Source: Lingula anatina
Lineage: Eukaryota > Animalia > Brachiopoda
Direction of reading: 5' to 3'
Assembly (NCBI GenBank): GCA_051362555.1
Contig: CM120641.1
Location: 39,500,401 to 39,564,400, forward strand
Length of the DNA: 64,000 bases
Shown: in pieces, positions 1 to 13,300 of the stretch
Layout of the letters: every line of letters starts with the position of its first letter
Numbering within the stretch: position 1 is the first letter of the stretch
Notes under the pieces: generated by a model
The model's database searches: none
Told to the model about the DNA's origin: nothing
What the model saw: the letters and a program-made list of their open reading frames with translations, nothing else
Position numbers and translations under genes: made by a program

Positions 1-99
1 TAATGCGCGAAAAATGATCGAGGACAGTGGTGTGAAATGAAATTTCTGACCGACTTTTTAATGTATTTTTCTATATTTATATAATAATAACCATTGCAA

Positions 100-634
100 A
101 TGGCCCATCAAGGTGAGTAAAAAACTTTTTGTCGTTATAAATAATACAATAACAATTTTATAAATGTATTAATGCTACTAAGAACTAATTCTATTTCAAT
201 ATTCATTTTCAATATTGCTAACTTGTAAATGTTTCTAGGTCAAAGAAAAACATGGAAGGGATCTCATCTAAGGCATTCCTCGGCATCAGGAGACAATTTG
301 CGCCAACTTGTGTCACATCTGCCAGACGTTGTAATACACACGGAACACCACCGGCCCATGCCTTACGACACACAGTTTGAGGCTGTCTTACTCTTTGTTG
401 ATGTCTCTGGATTCACGGATCTATGCGAACGCTACACCAGCTTGAGTAGTAAATCAGGAGTAGATCAGTTAACACGGACACTGAATGCCTACATGGGGAC
501 ACTGGTAGATGAGATTCTCACTGCTGGAGGCGATGTCTTGAAATTTGCAGGTATATTTTATAAATTTTTTTATAGCGCCCAGTCACTAGCTGTTGTGGAC
601 ATTTTAATGAAATATTATTATATATTACATTAGA

Positions 635-692
<58 letters not shown>

Positions 693-3600
693 GCAGCAAC
701 ATAGTAATTGGTACCACTGATCTTCAACAGGTACTATGGTGATGCCAAAATTGGATAGTTGCTGCATTACTCTCTCATGTTTATTGACAGATTTATTTTT
801 TTCTTTTTGATGTCATACTGGCGATATCAATCAGCACATTCACATTCACTCTCTTATGTTAAAACAATAGTGATTATTAATTAATTAATTAATACTTTTC
901 AAGCTGACATTTTTGCCTCTTTAGTTATGATCACAAGCACATAGTCATGATCGTGAATTTGACAGTGTATTTTGAATTTCTACCTTGTTAACCCAGGTGA
1001 TGCAATATTGGCTGCTTGGAAGTGCACACGACCAGATGAAATAAGAAAGAAAGTTATTCAAGTTGTGAAGTGCTGTATTAACATCCAGAGGACATGTGGT
1101 GAATATCAGACTGATGTTGGAGTAACACTACGAGTGAAGATGGGTTAGTATGTTATCTGCAGTTTGTATATTCATATATATTTTATTGTGGTACCAGGTA
1201 GATTGATGAATGTAATTGTTAAAAAAATTGTCTCTGTGTGCATTATGTTTTCCCTCATTGAAGACATGCATGCAAGAGTAGTACAATTATAATGTTATTT
1301 TTGGTATATTTTAAATTTAACCAATCTTATGCTTGTTGGAAGTCCCCTTCTCACTCTTTCCATTTTCACTTTATTGAAATATTTTTCTGTGTGTAGATAA
1401 AGTAGACATCCAATCAAGCATTCAAATTTTAAAAAAATTCATTTTAATCAATTGTCTGTCCCTTTTACAGGTGTTGCAGCTGGCAATACGACAATCAACT
1501 TCATAGGTAACAAGGAGTACTGCCACTATGTATCCACAGGGCCAGTGGTAGAGGAAGTGAACAAAGCAGAATCCTTCTGTTGCCGTGGAGATGTTGTATT
1601 ATCTCCTTCCGCATGGCAGTACTGCAACAAGAGGGTCATTGACCATGAAATTCTGTCGGACGGGAAACATGTCAAGGTAAAAATCCTTAGTACAGCAGAC
1701 AACTGTTTTATTTTCTACTGTAGTCAGACATGAATTACATGTATGCAGTGGAATAAAAGGGCTGAATGTATTGTTAAAAATGGAAAGGATAGAAATTTTC
1801 GCATGGATATTGGGTAGTCTATCATGAGTAAAGGTGTTAGTGAAAAAAAGAAGAAATAATTGATGAGTATAAATGCATAATTAATTGTTTTAAGTGCTCT
1901 TTGATCCACCTAGGTTCTTCATGTGATGGATTTTGATGCATCCAACCCTTATGCCAGTGCAGGCTCAGACGCAGGTAAATAAATCACTGAAACAATGAAT
2001 GAAAAGGTATACAATTTTTTATATGTAATGCTTTGTTTCCACTGTAATTCAAAATGTTACTTTTTTAACACCAAAGAGAATGTTTTTCAAATCCTGTATA
2101 AAGCCATATAGTTAATTGCTAGCTTGGACAGAGTGGAATTGTGTAGTATATTAAGCCAAAACATAACAGAAGCTGTCTGCAATGATTTTTTATTTAATTG
2201 CTTGATCCTTTTTTTTTTAAGCTGGGACCAAGAGGCAACTGGATCCCCTGCGACCACCTGGATCCCCTCAGACAGGGGGAAAAAATGTCAGAGGTAAGGA
2301 TCTTTATTTTCATAAATCTCATTACATATATGAATAATTGTATTTTATAATTGCCTTAGTAATATCATTTTAAGACAGAAATATGTGCATAATAGATGAA
2401 GATTATATGAAAAGAGATATAATTTTAATACAAACACAGTAAATGCATCATAAGTATAATGTTTGTCATGTGGGATTTAAAATGCACATTAGCACTGAAG
2501 TTGTGGCTCAGTTTACATTATTATTGTTTTTTGCAGTACAAATTGATGTTATGAAGATGATGGCAAAGCGTCTTGGGGTCAATCTAGACCAGGTGTTAAG
2601 ATTGTATGTGCCAAAACCTGTGCTAAGAAAGGTAGGGTATTTGTATAAGTATATGTCTGTAATGCTAGAAATAACAATTGGCTCTGCTGGACCAAGACTG
2701 ATGATTTTTTGGCAGGGCCAATAGAATCTGAATCTCTCAAAGGGACAGTTGTGTTTTGTAAAATTGGGACTTAAATTTAAGGGATAAAATTAGCTTTTAA
2801 AATCTACTAGCCATGGTGGATTCTGGTCAGTGAAAAATTTAAGAACATATATGATACTACAGAAATGTACTCCTGAGAGGAGTGGTCAGTTAACATGTTG
2901 GTGTATTATGGTAAAATTTGAGGTCTGCTCATTAAAGGCTTGTCATTGCATATCTTATAAGTCACTGTGATGCATTTTTATACTTTTGCCAGCACTTGGC
3001 TCTGTATGCATATTTCTGCCAAATATTTAAAAGTTTGTTTTTGCAAAAGAAATTAATGTTTTACAAATTTATCACTAATTTAAAAATATTTATAACTGTA
3101 TGTATCTAAAACAAATAACTTCCAATTTGCCCCCTGTATCTAATTTTTGTACTATGTCATTCTAGCTTGATGATAACTTGCCTACAGAATACATGTCTGA
3201 GATGCGTCTGGTGTCCATTGTGTTTGTTAACTTAATGCTGTCTGAAGACCAGACAACCAGTACTCATAGTCTGTTGCAAGATGCCCTGGATATCATCTAC
3301 CCTGAAGTCAGGTCATTTCAAGGTAAGGACCGATAAAATTGTCAACTAGGTGAACTTGTGGTGACTCTGTGTAAACAGGGTCAGTAGAAGAATTTTATTT
3401 TTGTTTTTTAAACAAATGTTTGAAGTGCATGGTAGCTTAATTTTCGGGTTGTTCTTAGTTTTTTATTGTACATGTTTATGTTTATGTTTATGGACGGCAT
3501 TCACTGTACTTATGGGGCAGATAAGGTTAAAACTTACCAGTAATGCATAATTTCTACAAGAAGATTACTTTTTCAGGGTCTTTGAACAAAATATTCATGT

Positions 3601-6600
3601 TTGATAAAGTAAGTATTCCATTTTTTTACAAACCTGTTTGACATAGTAGCTTTCTGTTAAGTTGTTAACATGTGCAAACCGTAAAAACATGAAAAAATAT
3701 TTTTATACCTTTGACCCATGACTCAAATAAACGATTTTTTTTAATATTAAGATAATTTTTGTACGCTGCTCTATATGATATTTAAATGTGGCTGTTATAT
3801 TAATCAGGGGTGCACCTTCCTGGTCCTGTTTGGTTTACCTGGCTTTAAACATGAAGGGGACTGTGCCCATGCCTTGCAGTGTTCTTACAGACTGAAGAAC
3901 AAACTGGACATGCATAAAAATATTACGTGAGCCTACTTTGGCTTTTTCATCCACTATGTGGACAAGGGTTTTTTGTTTTAATTGGTTGAAAGTCTGCCAT
4001 CAGAAAATTATAAACAAATTGTTTTGGTAGTCACAGTATGATTGTTTATTTTAAGATCTTAATGAAAACAAAAAAAAGCATGTACAATTTTAATTATGCC
4101 CAATTTTTTTTCTTGACAGGCAGACCTCCATAGGCGTGACTACAGGTAACTCATTTTGTGGAGTTGTGGGACACAAGGATAGGCATGAATACACAGGTAA
4201 AAATATATATACATACGTAAAAAAGATGCATAGAGTGAGCCAATATTTTTTTAGACAAGTTAAAAGTATCAAGGCAACAGGACAATCTGGATTAAGATAT
4301 TGTTAGTTTTAATTTACTGCTTTCAAACCCATGTTTAGATAATGCAAATATGCACTGTTTTGCATGCTTCAGAAATTTGCATTATCTATGGCATTTTACA
4401 TATGTAGTGAATCACTAGTATCACATATATTTTTTTTTTACTATTTACAAATTTAATTTATGTTAAATACCATCAAATTGAAATATCACACGTATGTTTT
4501 ATAGTGTTCACTATCACTAAAAGATTTGTGTACAACTTTTAGTCATAGGTCGTAAAGTGAACATGGCTGCACGACTGATGATGTATTACCCTGCCATAGT
4601 CAGCTGTGACAATGAGACATTTACTCACTCCAAACTGAACCGATGCAACTTCAAAACCATGCAGGCAAAAAAGCTCAAGGGGATGCATAAGATTGGCATA
4701 GTTAGGGAATACACTGAGGAAGGGAAGTAAGAAATAGCAAAGGGAGAGTAATAAGATGTATCAGGTTACTTTAATTGTTACAGTAGAGTCATATGTTTTG
4801 TTGTAAGCTAAAGAGCTTAAAGTATCTTTATTGAAATGTTTGTTTGTTTGTTTTTGTACCTACAGTTATTTACTTTTTGATGAGTTAACATAGCATAATG
4901 TTAGATGCCATTGATTTTTTTTACTAAAATTATCTTTTGTTTTCTAATTTTCAAAGAGAAAACATGGCTAGTGATGTTCAAACATTTGAATATCCATTAC
5001 TTGGTAAGTCTATATTTACTTGGCATACAATAAACAATCAACCCTAGAGAGAAAATATTTAGTATGTTACATATATACAAGCAATATAATGGTTTTGTCA
5101 TAAATGAATTTTGGCTTATTTTCAGTTGGACATGTTTGGAATGTATTTGTGAATAGCAATAGATGTTAGTATAATGTGCTTAAAACCTCATGTTTATGTT
5201 AAGGCAACTTTGCGTATACTTTTACTAATCCAAATTTTCTGTCTTTTGCTGGTCATAATTTTTTTCTCTTTTTTTTTGCTTTTCCAGGCCGAGAAAAAGA
5301 GATGGAAATTCTTGAGGCAGAACTCAAAGCAATGAAGGCTAATGGAGAAAATCACAAGATGCTTGTAATTCGTGGGGACTCTGGAATGGGCAAAACTAGA
5401 GTTCTGGATGCCGTCATCAACAGAGCTTTGAATATGAACATCAAGTTAGTCTTAGGAATTTTTGTATACAAAGTCTGTATATCCTAATGTTATTCTTCCA
5501 AAACCCAAATAAGAGTTAAATTAGAAAAATAACTATTAGATTTTTATAATGTTTTTTATGTTATTTAATTGTTGTTTGATAACTTTTTTCAGTTGGTTAT
5601 TTTGACTTGCAGTTTTTGTTTATGTAACCATCTGATAGTAAAATGTTATATAATTTTTCTCCAGAGTTTTTTCATGCACTTTGAATTTGAATGATACCCA
5701 GACCCCTCTGTTTCTTGTGCGGAACTACCTGTATCTGATGTTCAACATCCTTCCAAGCATGAATCATCATGAAAAAGAAAGAAAGCTCTCAGAAAAATGT
5801 GCTGGCGTGCCAGAAATATTAGACAATCTTTATCTTCTAAATACTTTATTGGGTCTCAAGGTAAAATTTTTAAATCAACCTAAATCAAATGGCAAAAAAT
5901 ATTGTGTTCAGCAATTCAGTCTTCTTTAAATATTGTTTAACATATATATATATATGTAACTGTACCACTTAATTAATTTTTGTTGCATTTTACAGTATAA
6001 CCCTAGATTGCAGATTACTCTCCTGAAAGATTACATTCTTGACATTTTATTTTAATCATTGGCAACAGAAAAGATTCTCTTACACACAAAACCTATTAAG
6101 TAATTATGCTTTAGTTTCCAGCAACCATTAGTTATGTGACCCTTGAAGAAAGACAGAAAGCCTTGCATGAGTTGTTGCACAGACTAGTTCACCAGGTAAG
6201 TTCTGAAATACATTATGCATTGATAGTGGTCATGATAGTTTTCAGGCAGCATGTACATTATGTTGTTTTTGCTTCTAGTTTATTTATTTAAATAAATATC
6301 ATTAGATGTAATTTGCTGTCATTACAATGCTAGTAATTAAAAAAAAAGTGTTGTCAAATATAATATCATTGTAAGTTTTTGACAGAAAATGTATGAGCAT
6401 TGTTCAAACCAAAGTGCAAATGTCACCACATATTACCTCTTACACCATCTGCTCCGTGGTTTGATTTCCAAATTTTGCTCTCCAAATTTTCAGATCAGTC
6501 TAGAGACTGGGGTAGTCCTGTTTGCAGCAGACGACGCCCACTTCATTGACGCAGACTCCTGGGAGTTTCTAAGCGACCTTGGGATTGATAACAATGCCTT

Positions 6601-9334
6601 GGTGGTCCTTGCCATGTGTCCTCTCACAGAAGGCAAGGGGTGCAAGCTTGCCCTGGATGCTCTCAAAGATCCCAACACTATATCTGTGGATATGAAGGGC
6701 ATAGACCCAAAATGCATGTCAGCTTTAGCATGTCAGATTTTGAATGTGGCAAGGATACCCAAAGAAATAGAAGCGTGGGTTCATTCCATCATTTTTTTAT
6801 AACACTAGCTGATAAATTAGGTGACATGATGTCGCTTGTTCATGTGTATCACACTGTATTGTTTCAATTTTATGGAGAGAGACTTTGGTATTCAGATGTT
6901 GTGACATGCCACTGGTTCTAAAATGTATATATAACAACAGTAATCACACAGTCTCTGCATGCTCACAGTTAGTGCTGCAAAAGTTTTCATGTCCATGTTT
7001 CTGTTCCAGTGTGCTGCACAGTCAGAGTCATGGTAACCCCACCTGGTGTGAGCAGCTACTGAGGGAGATGTTCTGCAGCAAACGTTTACTGATTGTGGAA
7101 GATGATGGTTCCAAGCACAGCGTAACTGTGGCACCAAACCCAGCTCTCCTTGTCAAAAAACAGCAGCTAAGAGGGAAAGATTTGGTAGATAAAAAAGACT
7201 GGCTCATGGTAGGTATCAAACTGACATAGACCAAATTTTCACAATACAGAATCATATTACAAGTGCCATACTGTTTTGAGAATATTTGACATTATTTTCA
7301 CTTTTTATTAATTTATTTATTATTTTTGTAGCTGTGGTAAAACTTTCAGGAATAAGAATTGTTTGATATCATTGACATGTGATTGTAAGCTGTATAATAA
7401 ACAAATGATTAACTACTTCTCTTTGGAATGCAAAAAAGATATAAATTAAATCTTTTTAATCATACTTACACAAAGAAATTATACACATATATATGTTTAT
7501 GTAAATAGTGTGATGATAACATATTTTGAAAACATATGATGCTCAAGATGGACATCAAAATATTTTCAGCTTTAGGTTATAATTGCTGGAGAAAAGTTAC
7601 TGCTTTATTCTGTGTATGTATCCCAGTTGATAAAATTCTCTGAAATTCTGTGAAAAGCTCAGTTTTGCCTATTGCTAGACGGAGGAAATGACAGAGCTTG
7701 CAGAAGCTGGAGAATTGAATCGTGAAAGCGGCACCTCACTTACCAGGATATGTATTCTAGCCCCTGGGGCCAAAATAAATGAAGTGCGCACTCCAGATTC
7801 CATGAAAGGTAGGGGCAGGCCTGTGGCCAACAATTTCAAAAAGGGGTTCTTTTTCTGAAAATTCGGACCTTTTTACCCCTTCAGCTGACTCATCTTGAAA
7901 AATCTCACAAGAGAAATGGATTCTAAATGTAATTTAGATTCAGAGTAGAACTTTCCATCCAAAACAGCAGTTCTTTTGAACCTCACACCTATGTGCCTGA
8001 GGGTAATGATTATTGTGTAAAACACATTTTAGTTGATAATGATAGAAATGGTAAATGCATAACTTTGACAATGAGTTTCCATTACAATGGCATGATATAG
8101 AATCTGGATTAAGCTGCTATCCTGTTAGATAATTACAAGGTCAATGTTTGTTGTTTTATTAGACGATCAAAGCAAGTTTTAAAATAAAACAGATAATGTA
8201 TAACAATACTGTATAGCAATGAGAAATTAGAACAACTGCATAACACATTTTGAAGCCTGGTGTTTTCATCAAAACCAAATTCCATCTTTTTGTTTCTTTT
8301 AATTTGTTAGGTATGATCATAACCAGAATTGATCGGATGCAGCCAACTGACCAGATGGTTCTGAAGTGTGCCTCTCTGATCGGAACTGTTGTCTCACGGC
8401 AAATGTTATTAGGCGTAGTACCAGGTGCGACAGAAGCCTCCATCACCAGCTCTCTGAAACGACTTTTTGCATCTGGAGTGCTAGAATGTGCATCCGTCAA
8501 CAAAAGTTCAGAGCAGAAAAACATAGTGTCCGAGGCCAGGTGTGACTGTATCCAGATAGGTACTAGTAGTAAGACTGAGGTTGATCCAGCACAGTGCTGC
8601 AGACTGATGAAATTCAAATCTGTTCTGATGCAGGAGACTGCCTACGAATTGTTTCTAGACAGTCAGCGCAAGAATCTACATGAAAAAGCAGCCATGTTTC
8701 TGGAAACCATGTCCTATGACTGTGCAGCCTGTCAGGAGTCAGAGCAGAATGTTGATCAAGTGAACTTGACATATTTTGTCAATTTGGATAAGAACAAAAG
8801 TTTGAAAACTCCCACTCCGAGCAAAATGCCAGTCTTGCATATTATAACAGAGGAGGAAGAACCACAGCCATCAGTGGCCTCTTTTAAGCCAATTCCTTCT
8901 TGTAAGAATTCTTTATTTTTTCAAAAATATTTGTACATAAATTTCTACATTTGCTGCATTGTATCAATCCTCTTCCCTAGGTAGCCACGAATCCTACTGC
9001 TAGCTCCTGTTTTCCTGCTTATTTGAAATTTAGGAAATTTTTGAAATATAATTTTTTGGCTGCACAAATCTAGATAATTGTATTTTAGAAATGCTGATTA
9101 TTGTTTGTTTCAGTTCACATGCGCACACGACGCCACAGTGAAGTTGCTGCCCTTCAAACTATGGTACATTATGTTGGAGCAAGAGAGCACCAAAATGTAA
9201 TTGAGAGAATGAAAGCAAAATTGGCAGGTTCTGAAGATCGTTTGCAAAGCCTTATGGATCTGACAGATCCTCAGAAACAGAAGGCAGATGATTTAATGAA
9301 CCATTGGAACAATCTGGATGGTTTTCTGAGGTAT

Positions 9335-9389
<55 letters not shown>

Positions 9390-10350
9390 TACAAGAAAGT
9401 GAATATTTATATGTTAAATTGTGCTTTAGCAATTAAAAAAAATACCAAGAATGTTTGAGAGAGCAAAAAAAAGCTCATGATAATTTTAAGTAATTTTTCA
9501 GTTAAAAAAGATTGCAATAAAATTGGTTAATGCTGTTTTACAGAAACAAGGCCACATCTTCCAAGGATACCAGCATGTTTCAGAAGGCCAGTAGTTGTGA
9601 GTGTGACAGTGTCCTCACTACAGTGTATCCTCAGCTGGTCAGACATTGGAAAGAGACAGGCAATGTCCATAAGACACTCCACTATTTGACAGAAGCTGGT
9701 GCTGCTTTCTTGTCAAGAAGTGAGCCTATACAGGTCAGAAGAATATGAATTTATCTGCTTACAATGTGCAACTTCACAAAAAATTCAGGATTCAAGTTCA
9801 ATATTTATAAAACTTTACAGTGAAGGAAAATCTGTTTTTGAATTATTACTAGACCTTATATAACCACTTTAATAGTGTAGACATATGTAATTACATGTAC
9901 CCAGTGCATATGTATTCTGCTTGACCTTATTACAGTTTTTATGCAGAAGAAATATTTTGAAATGTCCTTAATATTCTAAATAAGAATGTTAGATGTCTTA
10001 CACACACCTTCCCCAGTTTTCTCTAGCTTTTTGAACCTCTTATCTACCTTTTCAGGCACTGTCCTATTTAAAAGAGGCCAGGAAGATGCTGGAGTCTGTT
10101 GACCAGCATTTCCACCCTCTGACGGGAGTGGAACTGTTTGAGGAGGCAGAAATAGAAGCATTGGAGACGAAGAATGATAAAAGGGCTCGCATTGAGAGCC
10201 TTTTGGGAGAGGTACTTTTCATATTTAATTTGCTTGTTTCACACTATGAAAGGGAGAGATGGGCCATATAGAGGCTTATCTTTGCTAGCTTTAAGGTGAA
10301 CATTTGCACATCAGCAACATTGTGTGTCTCATATTAATTAATTAATTAAT

Positions 10351-10397
<47 letters not shown>

Positions 10398-13300
10398 TGT
10401 TTTTATGTCTGCTCATTTGTTCCGTCCTTTTTTCTTTCCTTCTTTCATTATCAAATACTTGATTCAAGATTCTGTAGATTTTCTATATTGAAGAACTGTA
10501 TTTATAAGGCATATATACCATATTTGTTCTTATTTATTTTACCCATAGGCTTCGTTTGCTACAGGAGACTTAGAAGAGGCAGTGTACCATTTTACTCAAG
10601 CTTTACATTACCTAGGTGTACTCCAATTTCACAACAAAGTCTTTGTAGGCCTACGCATCTTCTTTGAAGGCATTGAGCAGTATTTCCATCTCAATGATCC
10701 AACTTCTTATATCGGATATGGAAAGTAAGGATATTGAGGAACTGGGGATGATGTGTGCTTATATATTACCTGTGGCTTCTTAATACATGCCTATGGTAGA
10801 ATGGCAATTATATCAATACTGACATATTGATTAAGTCATTTGATACACTAATTTTGCCAGAAAAGTAAGATTTCCCATATTGCATTGCATTTCCATTTTG
10901 TGAAATAAAAATATCATATTGTATGATTTCTATTGAAAATAAAACTCTTTTTTCAGCCCGGAAGATTGTAAAACCCAGCTGGAGATAGCCCATTGCTTGT
11001 TCCAACTTTTCCATCATTATATAGAGAAAGGAGATGTGACTAGAGCCTTGGCAGTTGCACTGAAGCAGGTTAATGTTGTTGAAACTGTTGGAGAGCAGGA
11101 GGGCTTACACCAGGTATGGATGTTTGTACTGCAGGGTCGTAGTAACCACATTCAGCAGCATGAGATTTGCCGATTCTTGTACTTAAAAAAAGCATTTCTT
11201 TTGATCTTTTTTGTGTATTTTATATGATTGTATTCCCAATTTTTGTTTATTAAAAATTAATTCAAATTTTTCATTTTGATTCACTGTTAGTTGATCTTGT
11301 ATTTCAATTATCAAACCAGTAAGCAACTTCAAAAATATTTAGTTTTGAGATGTTAAAATATTTGTTGCATTTTCAGCTGGTTGTAGCGTACACCTGTATG
11401 ATGGACTGCTGCAGATTGAAGAAATGGAGAGGTCTTGCCAAAAAATATGAGGCTATGGCACTGAAAAGGTAAGTATAATGATCAGACTTTCGAGGCCAAG
11501 TACCCCTATTTTAGATAAATAAAAGAGTAAATTGTTTGACTTCCACTTTTTGTAAATAATAATTAAATACTGACTTTAGTACCATTCTACCAATGAACAT
11601 TTTTTTAAAAACTGATATTATTAAGTATGCTATATAAAAGAAATATCTGAGTTTTCTGTTATTCCTTCTTTTGCTTATTTAGATGTGCGAATATCCTGTG
11701 TTCAGACTTTACCCCAGACAACTTGGTTGTAGTAGCAAATGTTTTCTGCACATGCTTGGAATCTAGGTTGGCAAATGGGGACATTCAAGGAGCTGTAGAG
11801 AGCGGTATGTCCCACTCATCTCTCATCTAAAGAAAGGCAAAGTTGCAAACCTAAATGATCACTTAATACATAGATGTACAGTTGGTCATGTTTTTCACAA
11901 TTTGTGCATGAAATAAGTGTCAGATGGGCATTTTTTTTTCTGAAATTACTATTAAAAAAGAAAAAGACTTCCACAAGATCAATTCAAACTAGGTACATTT
12001 TAGTGCATTTGTAATCCTTGCCATAAAGAAAGTTATTTTGTCAGAACATCTGCAGCTTTTTTTTTATAATTGCTTTACTGCTTAGAAGTGCATGCTGACA
12101 TCATTGCAATATTAGTATTGAATCCTTTAGGGGGATCTGCCAAAGTTATTGCTGAAATGCTGAGAAGTCAGGATATGGAGGTTGAGATTTGGCCATCCCA
12201 GGCATCTGCACTGCTGTACTTAGATCGGTAAAGTTCTTGTGAAAAAGGTGTACCGTATGCAAACTTGCATTATTCTGTAGTATGCAAGCAGAATCTAGAA
12301 GTGAGCATGGTGGTAATTACTTTAATAACTAAATAAAAACTCTATGAAGATCTGCTAAAACTAGAGAGAGAAGAATGGTTGTAATTTTTTTAGCCAAATC
12401 TTAGTTTGGAACATATTGAGAATTTTCTTGATTTTGTTGGTTAATGAAGTTTTCAGCATGTAGCTCTCAGTTCTGTTATGGGTTTTGTAATAGAAAACAT
12501 GTAAAATTTTAATGATGATGCATTGTGTTCTGCTTCTATACCTGATGGTGAGGAGTACAGTTTCTTGTTTGAGTAGAGGTAGAGACAAACCTCTTTCTTT
12601 TAGGTTTGTCAGCTTGCAAAAGGTATTTACTGACAGAGAGAATGCTGTGAAGGCATCTAAACAATATGGTAACCTATGAAATTAATGACATAATATTATG
12701 CCTTGTTTTTCAGTATTTCAGAATGTGAAACAGTGCTGGAACAACTTGAATCAGTTGCAATTATGTCCAACAATCCACTAGGAAGAGCATATTTTATTGC
12801 TGGTTGCTTGGACGTAGGATTAGATGCAGGTAAGAATCATAACCTGTTTTATCCTAGGAAGATTTGTCCAAGACATTGTATTAAATTCTTTTCCAGCTCA
12901 TTTTCCAACCAAATCAGTGCAAGTAAGTGAAAAATGTTTGAGACCCTTTCTATTTTTTGTCATTTTGCTTATTTTTATGTACAGACACAGATGTGTCTGT
13001 ACATATAGCCATCATCTGCGTCTGTCGTCGCCGTCGCCGTCGTCGCTGTCGTCGCCGTCGCCGTCGCCGTGCACTTTTACCGATAACACGATAAGTGGAA
13101 AACCATTTTGCCTTTTGATTTGAAACTTGCAGAACTGATGAATATTCATAATACGCAGGTCAAGTTCGAAAATCAGCATGATCGGGTCACTCTTAGGGAA
13201 TTTATGCTGTTTTTTCACTTTTTTCAACATATATGCAGCACCGATAACACGATAAGTGGAAAACCATTGTACCTTTTGACTTGAAACTTACAGAACTGAT

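Noticed and set aside
518-727. Poly-Ile ORF (also poly-Leu 42372-42593 and ER/SL-repeat ORFs at 62214-62447)
   Set aside because: Microsatellite translation artefacts.
5995-6056. Possible alternative ADCY10 exon after TTTACAG
   Set aside because: In-frame stop and no good donor; the exon at ~6115-6196 fits the reading frame.
8159-8617. 152-aa minus-strand ORF and other antisense ORFs over exons and the Gag-Pol ORF
   Set aside because: Shadow ORFs of real coding sequence on the opposite strand.
13135-13175. CTGATGA...GAAA in each 160-bp repeat unit, suggesting tandem hammerheads (retrozyme)
   Set aside because: The intervening sequence cannot form stem II (ATATT versus AGTTC) and there is no stem I/III closure. 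It is ordinary HINE satellite sequence.
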